Position numbers and translations under genes: made by a program
Notes under the pieces: generated by a model
Told to the model about the DNA's origin: nothing
The model's database searches: none
The model's input: only the letters and a program-made list of their open reading frames with translations
Part shown: positions 9,042 to 19,980 of the stretch, in pieces
Layout: each line of letters begins with the position of its first letter
Position numbering within the stretch: position 1 is the first letter of the stretch
Source: Eubacteriales bacterium
Lineage (GTDB): Bacteria > Bacillota > Clostridia > Oscillospirales > UMGS1783
Length of the DNA: 64,000 nucleotides
Assembly (NCBI GenBank): GCA_045595395.1
Contig: JAZOAH010000002.1
Location: 2,288 to 66,287 of the forward strand
Direction: 5' to 3'

Positions 9042-10372
9042 CAGTGTTCTCCTTCCCTTTTCTTTTTGCTGCTTACTTTAAATTTTGCAAGTCGCATCAT
9101 TTGTGCCAATTGGATCTTTGCCGGACAACTGTAAGAACAGGCGCCGCATTCAATGCAGTCAAGCACATTATATTTTTCTGCCTCATCGTACATTTCATTT
9201 TTGGCATACATGTTGATATAGTTGGGCATCAGATGCATGGGGCAACCCTTGACACATCGACCGCATCGAATGCAGACGGGATCTTCGACTAATTCAACAT
9301 TATTGGCAATATAGGCAATTAAGCCGTTGGTCTGCTTGATGATCGGGGCTTCCAGTGTATGCTGGGCAATTCCCATCATCGGGCCACCCATGATGATCTT
9401 GGTCGGCTCAGATGTGAATCCGCCGGCCGCCTCAAACATATATTGCATCGGCGTACCAATACGGGCCAAAGCATTTTTACTCGATTTGACAGCCGGGCCG
9501 GAAACGGTAACCACGCGCTTAATAACAGGCAACCCGCCGCTGGCACAACGATATAACGAAGCACATGTATCAATATTAAAAACAGCACAGCCGGCATCAA
9601 AGGGCAACTCGCCCGGCTTGACTTCACGGCGTGTAATGGCGCGAATCAGCTGTTTCTCAGCCCCCTGCGGATACTTGGTTTTAAGTGGAACAATATGGAT
9701 TCCGTAGGGCTCAGCAATGATCTTCATGGTGGATATGGCATCCGCCTTATTGGTTTCAATACCGACATATGCCTCATCCAGACTTAACGCACGCATCAAC
9801 ATCCGAATGCCGCCAACGATAAACTTGGGGTACTCGATCATGGCTCGCTCATCTGCGGCTATGACAGGTTCACACTCAGCACCGTTTATGATTAATGTGT
9901 CGACCTTGCGATCAATAGCAGTTCTTATCTTTACATGAGTGGGAAAACCTGCACCGCCCATGCCGACGAGGCCCATTTCCCGGGAAAAAGCAACAATTTC
10001 ATCGGGTGTCATCTTGTCAACATTTTTTATGTTTTTCTGTTTTTCAGGGATTGGGTCATCCTGAAAATCGTTCTCTATAACAACGCTCATCACCCGATCG
10101 CCGTTGGGATGCCAGCGGGGGGCTACATCTATTACGTTGCCCGATATGGATGCATGCACAGGGACCGACATATAGGCATCGCTATCGCCGATCTTCTGTC
10201 CCATATGGACATAATCGCCGGTTTTAACCAACGGCGTACAAGGTGCGCCAATATGCTGACGCATGGGAATAACAACATATTGAGGTTCTTCAACATGCTC
10301 GATCGGACGGGCATGTGTTAACTCTTTATTGGAAGAAAAATGGATACCACCACTGAAAGTATTGGCCATCAC
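9041..10372 (-). CDS. rnfC: Rnf complex subunit C (NADH-binding, 2x[4Fe-4S])
   Basis: 443 aa. Contains GMGGAGFPTHVK and two ferredoxin motifs, CIRCGRCVKGCP and CIECGACSYSCP. Confidence 0.92.
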   Translation of the reverse strand: MMANTFSGGIHFSSNKELTHARPIEHVEEPQYVVIPMRQHIGAPCTPLVKTGDYVHMGQKIGDSDAYMSVPVHASISGNVIDVAPRWHPNGDRVMSVVIENDFQDDPIPEKQKNIKNVDKMTPDEIVAFSREMGLVGMGGAGFPTHVKIRTAIDRKVDTLIINGAECEPVIAADERAMIEYPKFIVGGIRMLMRALSLDEAYVGIETNKADAISTMKIIAEPYGIHIVPLKTKYPQGAEKQLIRAITRREVKPGELPFDAGCAVFNIDTCASLYRCASGGLPVIKRVVTVSGPAVKSSKNALARIGTPMQYMFEAAGGFTSEPTKIIMGGPMMGIAQHTLEAPIIKQTNGLIAYIANNVELVEDPVCIRCGRCVKGCPMHLMPNYINMYAKNEMYDEAEKYNVLDCIECGACSYSCPAKIQLAQMMRLAKFKVSSKKKREGEH

Positions 10373-10454
10373 TACACCTCTCCTGTATGCTTAATCTGCA
10401 AAAACATTAAAAATCACAGTATTATTATGTATTATATCATATCCTGTCATTAAA

Positions 10455-10497
10455 ATCAAACAAAAAAACAGATAAACAAAGGATATGTTTATCTGTT
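10455..10497 (-). terminator. Intrinsic terminator after the PHP gene
   Basis: On the minus strand: AACAGATAAAC-N9-GTTTATCTGTT followed by TTTTTTTGTTTG. The hairpin spans the TAA stop. Confidence 0.6.
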
Positions 10498-11313
10498 TTT
10501 ATAATATTCATCATACAAATATGCGGGGATGTTACCTAATAGCGTTTTCCCGATTTGATTGGATTTGTTTTCTCCGTGGAAGTCGGATCCACCAGTCATA
10601 AGTAAGCCCAATTTCCGTGCAATCATCATGCACTCTTGAGAAAAGGTAGCAGTATAATTATGGTAATAGCACTCCAATCCGTCAATGCCGAGGGTCTTCA
10701 TGTGCTCCATAAATGCCATTCGAGACGAAAATCCGGTAATATCTGCCGTATGCAGGTGAGCCACGACAGCCACACCACCGGCTTGATGGATCATATCTAT
10801 GCATTCCTGTGCCGAAAATAGGTCTCTGGCTTGATATGCCTTACCGCCCGATGACAGATAGACATTAAAAGCCTCATCGATATCTGCGCAAATCCCCTTT
10901 TCAACCAGGCAACAGGCGATATGCACTCGCGAAACCGAGCCCTCGGCTTGACGATACAGATCCTCCATGGAAAGAATGATTCCCAATTGTTTCAGGCTTT
11001 TTATTATTTTTGTGTTACGGCTTTCACGGCTCCTCTGCATACGATAATGCATCGTATTCCAAGTCGCATGGCTTGGATCAATGGAAAGACCTAAAATGTG
11101 CAACTCTCCACCATTTTGAGCGGATAACTCAATGCCAGGAATAAATGCCAATTTGTGGAGAGCTGCCGCATTTTTCGCTCGCTGAAGCCCGCTTACTGTG
11201 TCATGATCGGTCAGAGCCAACATGCACAGCCCCTTTTCTTTGGCATAAACAACCAAATCTTCGGGCGACAGTCTTCCGTCAGAAAAAGTCGAATGAGTAT
11301 GAAAATCAATCAT
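10489..11313 (-). CDS. PHP-domain metal-dependent phosphoesterase (TrpH/YciV-like)
   Basis: [13 protein letters not shown]...LALTDHDT His/Asp PHP motifs. 4-nt overlap with nrdR. Confidence 0.8.
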   Translation of the reverse strand: MIDFHTHSTFSDGRLSPEDLVVYAKEKGLCMLALTDHDTVSGLQRAKNAAALHKLAFIPGIELSAQNGGELHILGLSIDPSHATWNTMHYRMQRSRESRNTKIIKSLKQLGIILSMEDLYRQAEGSVSRVHIACCLVEKGICADIDEAFNVYLSSGGKAYQARDLFSAQECIDMIHQAGGVAVVAHLHTADITGFSSRMAFMEHMKTLGIDGLECYYHNYTATFSQECMMIARKLGLLMTGGSDFHGENKSNQIGKTLLGNIPAYLYDEYYKNR

Positions 11314-11765
11314 TTCTCGCTAAGCAATTTGTCAAGCTCTTTCTTGAAGGTGCTGATGTCTTTGAATTGCCGATAAACCGACGCAAAGCGAACATAGGCG
11401 ACCTCGTCAATCAAGCGTAGTTTCTCCATTGCCAATTCGCCAATTTTGACCGATGAAATCTCCTGTTCCATGGAATTGGAAATGGTATATTCGATCTCAT
11501 CCGCCGCCTGTTCCAGCGTAGACAGCGGTACAGGACGCTTGTCACAGGCCCGAAGGAAGCCTCGCAAGAGTTTGTCTCGATCAAACGCCTGGCGCGATCC
11601 GTCTTTTTTCACAACGACAATGGGCACGGTTTCAATGATCTCAAATGTGGTAAACCGTTTTTGACATTTCAGGCATTCTCTTCGTCTGCGGATGCGTTGT
11701 CCGTCATCGGTCGGTCTGGAATTGCTGACCTTGCTCTCTTCATGGCCGCAAAAAGGGCATTTCAT
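11310..11765 (-). CDS. nrdR: Transcriptional repressor NrdR (zinc ribbon + ATP-cone)
   Basis: [18 protein letters not shown]...[16 protein letters not shown] plus a C-terminal ATP-cone. 151 aa. Confidence 0.95.
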   Translation of the reverse strand: MKCPFCGHEESKVSNSRPTDDGQRIRRRRECLKCQKRFTTFEIIETVPIVVVKKDGSRQAFDRDKLLRGFLRACDKRPVPLSTLEQAADEIEYTISNSMEQEISSVKIGELAMEKLRLIDEVAYVRFASVYRQFKDISTFKKELDKLLSEK

Positions 11766-11828
11766 TTCACAGACACCTCCTTGTTTTTATTCATCATACC
11801 ATATAATTATTAAAAAGAAAAGATATTC

Positions 11829-12125
11829 CTATCCTCTCTCTGCTAAATAATCGTCAATGATTTCTGATAATGTAACCGGTGTTGTTTCTCCGTCTGCCAA
11901 TCGTTTAATCAAGTGTTCTGCCTCATTGCGTTTGCTGCAAACATGATCAACGCATGCAAACTCCTCAATTAAATTATTGTCAAGCGATTTTACTAAGCAA
12001 ACACCATATTTTTCGAAAACGCTATCTTCATCGATCGTCAAATAATAATCAACAGTCACATGTTTTAATTCTTTAATTTCAATGTGAAACAGTCGTTCTC
12101 TCTTCATGCTCATAATCCTTTCCAT
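11829..12125 (-). CDS. Small hypothetical protein (about 92-98 aa)
   Basis: ORF only, with no motif I recognise. Start is ambiguous (ATGs at 12125, 12113, 12107; the AAAGGA RBS favours 12107). AT-rich. Confidence 0.45.
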   Translation of the reverse strand: MERIMSMKRERLFHIEIKELKHVTVDYYLTIDEDSVFEKYGVCLVKSLDNNLIEEFACVDHVCSKRNEAEHLIKRLADGETTPVTLSEIIDDYLAERG

Positions 12126-12257
12126 TCAATGGTTGTTATTATGACATGAAAATTTGCTGTTTGTAAATAGTAATTATTCGGTACACAATACCTAAAAAAT
12201 ATCCTATTTGCAAAAAAAGTAAATTATGGCAATATTATGTTAACTATGGAAAATTAT

Positions 12258-13028
12258 TTACAATTTATTCATAAAGTCTGCGGCTTCTCGAAGCTGCAAA
12301 TCCTCGGTATAATCACCGGAATAAACCTCAATAACTTTGGTCACGGCATTACTTCGGATATGTTTATTCAGAATGTCCTCATAGCGGCACACACCTTTGC
12401 CCGGCAGTGCACAGGAGCCATCTTCTTGATGGTCGCTGGCGTGAAAATGAATGAGGCTCTCACCCATGGCGTCGCGCATGTCGCAGGGGTCTTCCCCGCT
12501 TCGCATGGCTTGTTTCACATCGAGAGTAAAATAAACATCATTTTTCAATAAGCGTTTGATATTTCTGACAAAATCCACTTTGCCTCCATAGTGACGGTTA
12601 ACATTCTCCTGAGAAAACCGTATGCCCTCTTCCTGTGCAATACAATATAGCTTGTGATAGATATCACAGTATTGTTCATCAGTCATTGCCCATTCCGATC
12701 GACAGCCGTGGAAATTAAAAATATCAGCGCCCATAGCGGAAGCAGCTGCAAAGTAGCCTTTATAAATATCGTAGAAATCCTGTCTACGACGCTCATATGC
12801 ACCAAATAAACAATAGGTTTCTGCAAAGGAAGAAAAGGGATGGAAGGCAATGACCTTCAGTCCCAATGCACTTGCACTCTTCTTAAACTGCGTTGCGTAC
12901 GGTATCGTTGATTCGGATGGCGCATTGGCAAACACCTCTATTTCTCGAAAACCAAGCGCAGCAATGCGCTCTAACGTTTCTTCGGTAGTCGTTGGATAAA
13001 AACAGGATGTTGATATTCCGATATTCAT
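12258..13028 (-). CDS. Sugar phosphate isomerase/epimerase family protein (xylose isomerase-like TIM barrel)
   Basis: MNIGISTSCFYP...LGFREIEVF...FHG...LIHFHASD pattern typical of AP_endonuc_2 TIM barrels. Likely ATG at 13028 (ORF track starts at 13061). Confidence 0.7.
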   Translation of the reverse strand: MNIGISTSCFYPTTTEETLERIAALGFREIEVFANAPSESTIPYATQFKKSASALGLKVIAFHPFSSFAETYCLFGAYERRRQDFYDIYKGYFAAASAMGADIFNFHGCRSEWAMTDEQYCDIYHKLYCIAQEEGIRFSQENVNRHYGGKVDFVRNIKRLLKNDVYFTLDVKQAMRSGEDPCDMRDAMGESLIHFHASDHQEDGSCALPGKGVCRYEDILNKHIRSNAVTKVIEVYSGDYTEDLQLREAADFMNKL

Positions 13029-13076
13029 AATACACTCCGACAAAACAGGCCCGAAGCGCACTTCGAGCCTGGATAA

Positions 13077-14369
13077 TTACTTTTGTTCTAACAATTTTTC
13101 AACTGCGGCAAGTTTGACGCAGACACAGAAGACATCCATGGCTTTTTGCAGCTCGTCGACCGAAGGAAAACTGGGCGCAATACGAATGTTTCTGTCCTGA
13201 GGATCCTGTTTGCACGGGAATGTCGCACCGGCACCCGTCATGGTGACGCCGGCTTCTTTAACAAGTGTGACAATGCGCTTGGCGCAGCCTGGCATGGCGT
13301 TAAAGGACACAAAATAGCCACCCTTGGGCGTGATCCAAGAACCAATACCGATATCGGCTAATTCACGAGATAAGGTATTGGTTACCACATCAAAACGGGG
13401 ACGCAAAACCTGCGCATGCTTACGCATGTGCGCCTTGATACCGTCAACATCCTTGAAATACTTGATATGGCGCAATTCATTGATCTTATCCGGACCAATG
13501 GTCTGGAAGAACATCTGCTTCTTGATAAACTCAACATTGGCCGTGGATGCCACCATGCAGGCTACGCCGGCACCGGGATAACAGATCTTGGATGTGGAGG
13601 CAAATTCATAGATCATATCTTCATTGCCGTATTGGCGGGCCAAAGAAAAGATTTCAGGGATCTCGACCTCTTCTTCGGTCAAATGGTGCACAACATAAGC
13701 ATTATCATAGAAAATACGGAAATCCTTAGCGGCCGGGTTAAGGGCAGCTAAACGCTGAATCGTCTGATCAGAATAGACAATGCCGTCAGGATTGGAATAT
13801 TTCGGCACACACCAGATGCCCTTGATCTTGCTGTCGTTAGCCACCAACTGCTCCACGATATCCATATCCGGACCGGCCTCGGTCATCGGTACAGTAATCA
13901 GCTCAAATCCGAAAAATTCGGTAATGGCAAAGTGACGGTCATAGCCTGGTGACGGACAGAGAAATTTCAGTCCACTCTGCTTACCCCAAGGAGATTCGCT
14001 GCCCAAAACTCCATGCGTCATCGCACGGGCTATTGAATCGTACATCATTGTCAAGGAGGAATTGCCGCCAACAATGACCATCGAATCATCCACGCCAAGC
14101 AGATCGGCAAATAATTTTTTGATGGAAGGCAAGCCATCAATAATACCGTAATTGCGTGCATCAGTGCCGTCAATCATGCAGTCGGCGCTGTCCTGAATGC
14201 AGTGCAGCATCCCTTCGCTCAGGTCCAACTGCTCCTTGCCGGGCTTACCGCGTGACATATCCAGTTTTAATCCTTGCGCCTGAATGGCCTGATATTGTGA
14301 TTTCAACTGCTCATGGAGTTCCTGCAACTGTTCCTTTGTCATTTGTGCATACTGTTTCATTGTGTTCAC
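13077..14369 (-). CDS. PLP-dependent aspartate aminotransferase (AspT / class Ic-like)
   Basis: 430 aa. LKLDMSRGKP...CPSPGYDRHF...NPDG...FASTSKI (PLP lysine)...IRIAPSFP. From memory, closely resembles the Corynebacterium AspT type. Confidence 0.75.
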   Translation of the reverse strand: MNTMKQYAQMTKEQLQELHEQLKSQYQAIQAQGLKLDMSRGKPGKEQLDLSEGMLHCIQDSADCMIDGTDARNYGIIDGLPSIKKLFADLLGVDDSMVIVGGNSSLTMMYDSIARAMTHGVLGSESPWGKQSGLKFLCPSPGYDRHFAITEFFGFELITVPMTEAGPDMDIVEQLVANDSKIKGIWCVPKYSNPDGIVYSDQTIQRLAALNPAAKDFRIFYDNAYVVHHLTEEEVEIPEIFSLARQYGNEDMIYEFASTSKICYPGAGVACMVASTANVEFIKKQMFFQTIGPDKINELRHIKYFKDVDGIKAHMRKHAQVLRPRFDVVTNTLSRELADIGIGSWITPKGGYFVSFNAMPGCAKRIVTLVKEAGVTMTGAGATFPCKQDPQDRNIRIAPSFPSVDELQKAMDVFCVCVKLAAVEKLLEQK

Positions 14370-14371
14370 CT

Positions 14372-15091
14372 TTATAACGATTTTAAATAATTGATTTCCG
14401 CATCGGTTAAAAACCGCGTTTGACCGGGCTTAATGTTACCTAATCGCAGTTGGCCGATCGACTCTCGCTTTAATAGTTTAACATCCAAGCCTAATTGTTC
14501 ACACATGCGACGGATCTGACGGTTTTTACCCTCATAGATGGTAATATGAAAGACACTTCGGGTCTCACTTTGCTCCCTCACCTTGATCTCGGCCGGCTGC
14601 AACTGCTCTCCGTCATCCAATGCCATGCCCTGGCTCATTGTCTCGATGTGTGCAGCGGTCAGTTCTCCGTTAACAGTGACGCGATAGGTCTTTGGAATAT
14701 GAGCGGCTGGTGATGCCAGACGATTAGCCAACTCGCCATCATCCGTTAGTACCAGCATACCCTCGGAATCCTTGTCTAATCGACCAACCGGATATACACG
14801 TGCGCTGATGTTGGGAATAAGATCTTTAACACAGCGGCGCCCCAGCTCGTCATTGAGTGTTGTGACAAAGCCGCGAGGCTTATAAAGAATCAAATAGGAT
14901 GGCTTGCGATACACCGTGCGTACCGGCTTGCCATCAACTGCGATCTTTTCAGTTCCCAGGACAGTTTGCCCAATGACCGCTTTCTTACCGTTGACTGTGA
15001 CTCGACCCTCATGGATCAGTTCTTCTCCCTGACGGCGGGAACAAAGCCCTTGGTCAGCTAAATATTTTTGTAAACGTATCGGTTTCTCCAT
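14372..15091 (-). CDS. rluB: Pseudouridine synthase, RsuA/RluB family (S4 domain + catalytic domain)
   Basis: N-terminal S4 RLQKYLADQGLCSRRQGEELI and catalytic VYPVGRLDKDSEGMLVLT. Confidence 0.85.
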   Translation of the reverse strand: MEKPIRLQKYLADQGLCSRRQGEELIHEGRVTVNGKKAVIGQTVLGTEKIAVDGKPVRTVYRKPSYLILYKPRGFVTTLNDELGRRCVKDLIPNISARVYPVGRLDKDSEGMLVLTDDGELANRLASPAAHIPKTYRVTVNGELTAAHIETMSQGMALDDGEQLQPAEIKVREQSETRSVFHITIYEGKNRQIRRMCEQLGLDVKLLKRESIGQLRLGNIKPGQTRFLTDAEINYLKSL

Positions 15092-15132
15092 TCTCCGCCC
15101 TCCTATCCGTATATTTTATATGATTTGCTCAT

Positions 15133-16266
15133 TTATAGCAATAAGAAATTTAAAATTCTTTTCATTTCGTATAAAAGATTTTTTTCAGCAATTGGTACAG
15201 CCCCTACATCAGTCAGGGAAATCATATCATATTCTGCCACTTTTGTGTCTTGATATAGTACATAGAGCTTCCCTATTGTCTGTCCTTTCTTGATCGGTGC
15301 AATCAGCATGCGGTCGGCAACAAAAACAGTTTTATAGGAAAAATGGTCACCCTCTTGCGGCAGTAATATGGCAGATGCATTACCCGCTAAAACTTCATTT
15401 TGCACCCCACCGCCCACCGGGACCGTGACGGTTATATCAAGCGGCTTTGCCAACTTTGTTAACTTCATGCGTGAAAAACCGTAATCCAATAGCCTCATAT
15501 GATCATTCCAATCATCGGGTGCAGCGAGAGTGACGCAGACTAAACGAATGCCGTCCTTTTCCGCAGAAGATACAAGACACCGCCCGGCTGCTTTGGTGTA
15601 CCCTGTTTTCAAGCCGGTTGCATTGGGATACATGCGCAATAACGAATTGTGATTGGTATAGGAATGTGTGATTGAGTCAACGGTTGTAAAGGTCACATTT
15701 TTTGACGAGGCAATATAAGAAATAATAGGATCTTGATTCGCCATGCGTCCGATTTGTGCCAATTCTCGGGCTGTTGTGTAATGTTCTTCATCGGGGAGAC
15801 CTGAGGGGTTGGTAAAGTGCGTATTCTCTAGCCCCAGTTCGGCAGCGCGCTGATTCATATAATCAATAAATGCCTCTCGATCACCGCCACAGGCATGTTC
15901 GGCTAAAACTTCTGCGGCGTCATTACCGGAGCTGAGAAGCAGTGCATACAATAACTGCTCAACGGTAAGTCGCTCACCGGGCTTTAAATAGGCGCTACTT
16001 CCCTCGGTCGCTGCGGCTGTGGGGCTTACTGTAACAATTTCTTCCAGTGGACAACACTCACGAATCATAAGCGCAGTAAAAAGTTTTGTTGTACTGGCCA
16101 TCGGCATGATCTTATCGGCGTCTTTTTCATAGAGTACATATCCGGTCATCGCTTCAATTAGGATACAACTTTTTGCCGATATTGAGATCTCAGCCTGTAC
16201 AGGCGCACGAAAAATGGTCAATGATAGGACAACAAGACAACTAAAAAGCCGCTTCATGGTTTTCAT
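15133..16266 (-). CDS. D-alanyl-D-alanine carboxypeptidase (PBP5-type, serine)
   Basis: Signal peptide, then SxxK (ASTTK), SGN and KTG motifs. 377 aa. Confidence 0.88.
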   Translation of the reverse strand: MKTMKRLFSCLVVLSLTIFRAPVQAEISISAKSCILIEAMTGYVLYEKDADKIMPMASTTKLFTALMIRECCPLEEIVTVSPTAAATEGSSAYLKPGERLTVEQLLYALLLSSGNDAAEVLAEHACGGDREAFIDYMNQRAAELGLENTHFTNPSGLPDEEHYTTARELAQIGRMANQDPIISYIASSKNVTFTTVDSITHSYTNHNSLLRMYPNATGLKTGYTKAAGRCLVSSAEKDGIRLVCVTLAAPDDWNDHMRLLDYGFSRMKLTKLAKPLDITVTVPVGGGVQNEVLAGNASAILLPQEGDHFSYKTVFVADRMLIAPIKKGQTIGKLYVLYQDTKVAEYDMISLTDVGAVPIAEKNLLYEMKRILNFLLL

Positions 16267-16315
16267 TTTGATACCTCCCGAGATACAGTTATCTTATTCT
16301 CCTATCGGTAAAAAA

Positions 16316-16352
16316 TGAATGAAAAAGCGAGAGAAACATTTGTTTCTCTCGC
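16316..16352 (-). terminator. Intrinsic terminator of rpsU
   Basis: Minus strand: GCGAGAGAAACA-AA-TGTTTCTCTCGC (12-bp perfect stem) followed by TTTTTCATTCATTTTT. Confidence 0.85.
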
Positions 16353-16364
16353 CTGTGCAATTAC

Positions 16365-16541
16365 TTATTTGTATTTGCGCTTGCGTGCAGCTTCAGACTT
16401 TTTCTTGCGCTTTACGCTGGGTTTCTCGTAGTGCTCTCTCTTGCGGAGTTCGGACAACGTGCCGTCCTTCGAGCAGGATCTCTTGAATCTTCTAAGAGCG
16501 CTGTCGAGCGACTCGTTTTCTTTAACTTTAACGACTGCCAT
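16365..16541 (-). CDS. rpsU: 30S ribosomal protein S21
   Basis: Below the ORF-track length cutoff. ATG at 16539-16541 after GGAGGGAGGG. Translates [58 protein letters not shown] (58 aa). Confidence 0.92.
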   Translation of the reverse strand: MAVVKVKENESLDSALRRFKRSCSKDGTLSELRKREHYEKPSVKRKKKSEAARKRKYK

Positions 16542-16589
16542 TATGTTCTACCCTCCCTCCGAATATGAAACCTTCAAACTACGTGTTTA

Positions 16590-16618
16590 ATTATAATAAA
16601 CCGATTTGCCGTTGTCAA
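16590..16618 (-). promoter_or_regulatory. Consensus sigma-A promoter for rpsU
   Basis: Minus strand TTGACA-17 nt-TATAAT (-35 at 16613-16618, -10 at 16590-16595), directly after the leuS stop. Confidence 0.65.
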
Positions 16619-16626
16619 GCAATATT

Positions 16627-19032
16627 TTACTTTACAACCAAGTTAATCAATTTATTTTTAACATAAATCGTCTTAAAGACCGATTTTCCGTCGATGGCCG
16701 CCTTGATTTTTTCGTCAAGAAGTGCCTTATTAACAACACTATCTTGCTCTTCATCGGGCGTAATGGCTATGACGCTGCGCAATTTGCCGTTGATCTGAAC
16801 AGGGATATTGATGCTCTCATCTATGGTCTTGCTTTCATCATAGGTCGGCCAGACAGCAGATGTGGTAATATCCTGTTCATGCCCGCACAACTGCCACATT
16901 TCCTCGGCAAGATGCGGAGCGAAAGGACTAACCAGGAGAATAAAGTCGCTCAGTGCCTTCTTGGTGATCGTGCCTTCGCTGTAGATATCATTAAGAAGAG
17001 CCATCAGGGATGCAATGGCGGTATTGAATTTCATATCCTCAATATCAGCCGAAACCTTTTTGATGGTCTTATGGAAATTCTTCTCCAGATTACCGTAATC
17101 GTCACCATCTTGCATGATGTCAAGCAGGTTAAACACACGCTCCAGAAAACGTTTGCACCCCTTGATCGATTGGCTCGACCAGGGCGCAGCCTTTTCAAAG
17201 TCGCCAATAAACATGATAAAGAGTCGCAGGGTGTCTGCACCATATTCAGCCACAACATCATCCGGATTCACGACATTTCCACGGGATTTGGACATTTTTT
17301 CTCCATTTTCACCCAGGATCATGCCGTGAGAGGTGCGCTTTTGATACGGCTCACAGGTAGGAACAACGCCGATATCATACAGGAACTTATGCCAGAAGCG
17401 AGAATATAACAGATGAAGTGTGGTGTGCTCCATGCCGCCGTTGTACCAATCAATCGGCGTCCAATATTCTAACGCTTCTTTCGAGGCTAGTGCGTCCGAA
17501 TTCTTCGGGTCAATATAGCGCAGAAAATACCAAGACGAACCGGCCCACTGCGGCATGGTATCGGTTTCGCGACGTGCCGGCGCACCGCAATGCGGGCAGG
17601 TGGTGCTGATCCAATCGGTCATCTTAGCCAGCGGCGATTCACCATTGTCGGTCGGCTCATAGCTCTCAACTTCGGGCAACTGGAGAGGTAATTCACTCTC
17701 GGGAATGGGTACCCAACCGCAATGCTTGCAGTAGACCATCGGGATCGGTTCACCCCAATAACGCTGACGAGAGAAGACCCAGTCGCGCAGTTTAAAGTTG
17801 ACCTTTTTGCTGCCAATACCTTCGTTTTCAAAGAATTCGATGATTTTATCAATCGCTTCCTTTACCGACAAACCATTAAGGAATCCCGAATTGATCATGG
17901 TTCCGTTTTCGATATCGGTAAATGCCTTCTCCGAAATATCGCCGCCCGCAACAACCTGAATGATAGGCAGATTGAATACCTTGGCAAATTCATAGTCTCG
18001 AGTATCATGCGCAGGAACAGCCATAATAGCGCCTGTACCATACGACATCAAAACATAGTCCGACACAAAGATGGGAATCTCTTTCCCGGTTGCAGGATTA
18101 ATTGCACGGATACCGTCAAGGCATACGCCGGTCTTATCCTTATTGATCTCGCTACGCTCAAAATCACTCTTTCGTGCTGCCGCCGCTGCATATTCTTTAA
18201 TCGCATCATAATTTTTCAGCAGAGCCTTGTTAGCATCAATCATCGGATGCTCTGGAGAAATAACCATGTAAGTAGCGCCAAAAATGGTATCGGGCCGGGT
18301 GGTGAAAATTAACAGACTATCCCCTGCCGTCGTCTTAAACGACACTTCGGCACCATAACTCTTGCCGATCCAGTTTTTCTGCTGGATCTTAACGCGCTCG
18401 ATAAAATCAACTTCATCCAAATCACTGATCAAACGATCGGCATACTCAGTGATCTTGAGCATCCACTGGCTCTTAACACGGCGTTCAACCGGCGAACCGC
18501 AGCGCTCACAAACACCATTGACAACCTCTTCATTGGCCAACACGCACTTGCAGGAGGTGCACCAGTTAACAGCCATCTCCTTTTTGTAGGCCAAGCCCTT
18601 CTTGAATAACTGCAAAAAGATCCACTGTGTCCACTTGTAATATTCCGGATCGGTGGTCGAGATCTCACGTGACCAGTCAAACGACATACCGGTTGCTTTG
18701 ATCTGCTCCTTGAAATGTGCAATGTTTTGCTCGGTTACAATCTTTGGATGGATCTTATTCTTGATCGCATAGTTCTCCGTCGGCAAGCCAAAAGCGTCCC
18801 ATCCGATCGGGAACAGTACATTATAACCGTTCAAGCGGCGTTTACGAGCCACAACATCCATTGCCGTATACGGACGGGTGTGTCCTACATGCAGTCCCTG
18901 TCCGGACGGATACGGAAATTCGATAAGAGCGTAAAACTTTGGCTTATCCGAATCGGTTCCGGTCCTAAAGGAATCATGCTTTTCCCAATGCTCTTGCCAT
19001 TTTTTTTCGATTGCAGAAAAATCGTATTTCAT
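16627..19032 (-). CDS. leuS: Leucine--tRNA ligase
   Basis: 801 aa. HIGH-type motif GLHVGH, KMSKS, CP1 editing domain. Confidence 0.97.
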   Translation of the reverse strand: MKYDFSAIEKKWQEHWEKHDSFRTGTDSDKPKFYALIEFPYPSGQGLHVGHTRPYTAMDVVARKRRLNGYNVLFPIGWDAFGLPTENYAIKNKIHPKIVTEQNIAHFKEQIKATGMSFDWSREISTTDPEYYKWTQWIFLQLFKKGLAYKKEMAVNWCTSCKCVLANEEVVNGVCERCGSPVERRVKSQWMLKITEYADRLISDLDEVDFIERVKIQQKNWIGKSYGAEVSFKTTAGDSLLIFTTRPDTIFGATYMVISPEHPMIDANKALLKNYDAIKEYAAAAARKSDFERSEINKDKTGVCLDGIRAINPATGKEIPIFVSDYVLMSYGTGAIMAVPAHDTRDYEFAKVFNLPIIQVVAGGDISEKAFTDIENGTMINSGFLNGLSVKEAIDKIIEFFENEGIGSKKVNFKLRDWVFSRQRYWGEPIPMVYCKHCGWVPIPESELPLQLPEVESYEPTDNGESPLAKMTDWISTTCPHCGAPARRETDTMPQWAGSSWYFLRYIDPKNSDALASKEALEYWTPIDWYNGGMEHTTLHLLYSRFWHKFLYDIGVVPTCEPYQKRTSHGMILGENGEKMSKSRGNVVNPDDVVAEYGADTLRLFIMFIGDFEKAAPWSSQSIKGCKRFLERVFNLLDIMQDGDDYGNLEKNFHKTIKKVSADIEDMKFNTAIASLMALLNDIYSEGTITKKALSDFILLVSPFAPHLAEEMWQLCGHEQDITTSAVWPTYDESKTIDESINIPVQINGKLRSVIAITPDEEQDSVVNKALLDEKIKAAIDGKSVFKTIYVKNKLINLVVK

Positions 19033-19062
19033 TTTATGCCTTCCTGTCAGCCTTGCGGCGTA

Positions 19063-19413
19063 TTATTCTTCAAATTGAGCAATGTCGATCTCCTCGGCAT
19101 CCGCCCAAAGTTTTTCTAAGTTATAATAATCTCTTGCCGTGGGATGAAAAACATGCACCACAACACTATCGTAATCCAGCAATATCCAGTTCCCCGAACT
19201 GTAGCCTTCACGATGCGAAACAACAACCCCTTCTTGCTCCAGTTTGAACTCAACCTCATCGGCAATAGCCTTGATCTGCGTGACCGATGTGCCGTTGCAT
19301 ATGATAAAATAATCGGCTACAGCAGTCAATTTATCAATTTTAAGCACCTTGATATTGATGGCTTTTCGATTCTCCATGGCATTCACCACGATTTTGAGCA
19401 TGTTATTCTCCAT
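19063..19413 (-). CDS. rsfS: Ribosome silencing factor RsfS
   Basis: 116 aa. DYFIICNGTS...WILLDYDSVVVHVF is typical of RsfS/YqeL. Confidence 0.9.
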   Translation of the reverse strand: MENNMLKIVVNAMENRKAINIKVLKIDKLTAVADYFIICNGTSVTQIKAIADEVEFKLEQEGVVVSHREGYSSGNWILLDYDSVVVHVFHPTARDYYNLEKLWADAEEIDIAQFEE

Positions 19414-19980
19414 TTATTTTGCCCTCTCTAAAAGTAATTGATTGTAGCACTCAAAGGTGTCCGGATGAATCGGTGACGACTTATCCAGCAATTCCTGAAT
19501 CGTCTGTTTCATAGCCTGATACATCATGGCATCCAGTCCATTGTCTATTAAAGCTCGTACCTCGTCAACACCCGGAAAATCTCGGTTTACCTCAATATAA
19601 TCGGCTAAATACAAAATTTTATCCAGCTTAGTCATGTGCCGACGTCCGGTCGTATGGTACCGCAGTGCATCCAAAATCATCGGATCGGTAATGTCAAGCC
19701 GATTCCGGGCATATCCAGCCCCTGTTTTTGCGTGCAATAACTTGGGGGACCGAAGTTCCAAATCGGTCAACTCAATGCCAAATTCTGCACAGTAATCGAA
19801 CTGCTCTAATACACTGCACTCCTTTGTGATATCATGCAACATACCTGCAATCTGTGCTTGCTGCACATCTCCACCGTAGCGCAATGCCAAGTCTTTTGCC
19901 GCATCCACCACACCAAGGGTGTGTCGGTATCGCTTGGGCGACAATATGTTTTTTACAATTGATTCATAGCGTTGCATCAT
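19414..19980 (-). CDS. yqeK: HD-domain bis(5'-nucleosyl)-tetraphosphatase YqeK
   Basis: RYRHTLGV...MLHDITK HD motifs. Likely start MMQRYES (19980 or 19977), overlapping the nadD 3' end. The ORF-track N-terminus (to 20085) lies inside nadD. Confidence 0.85.
   Translation of the reverse strand: MMQRYESIVKNILSPKRYRHTLGVVDAAKDLALRYGGDVQQAQIAGMLHDITKECSVLEQFDYCAEFGIELTDLELRSPKLLHAKTGAGYARNRLDITDPMILDALRYHTTGRRHMTKLDKILYLADYIEVNRDFPGVDEVRALIDNGLDAMMYQAMKQTIQELLDKSSPIHPDTFECYNQLLLERAK

Noticed and set aside
10373-10454. Possible extended -10 promoter (TGATATAAT) upstream of rnfC
   Set aside because: There is no acceptable -35 element, and the region is generally AT-rich, so similar hexamers occur by chance. 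Left unannotated.
19033-19062. Looked for a T-box leader upstream of leuS
   Set aside because: Only 30 nt separate rsfS and leuS, which leaves no room for a T-box. leuS appears co-transcribed with the yhbY-nadD-yqeK-rsfS block.
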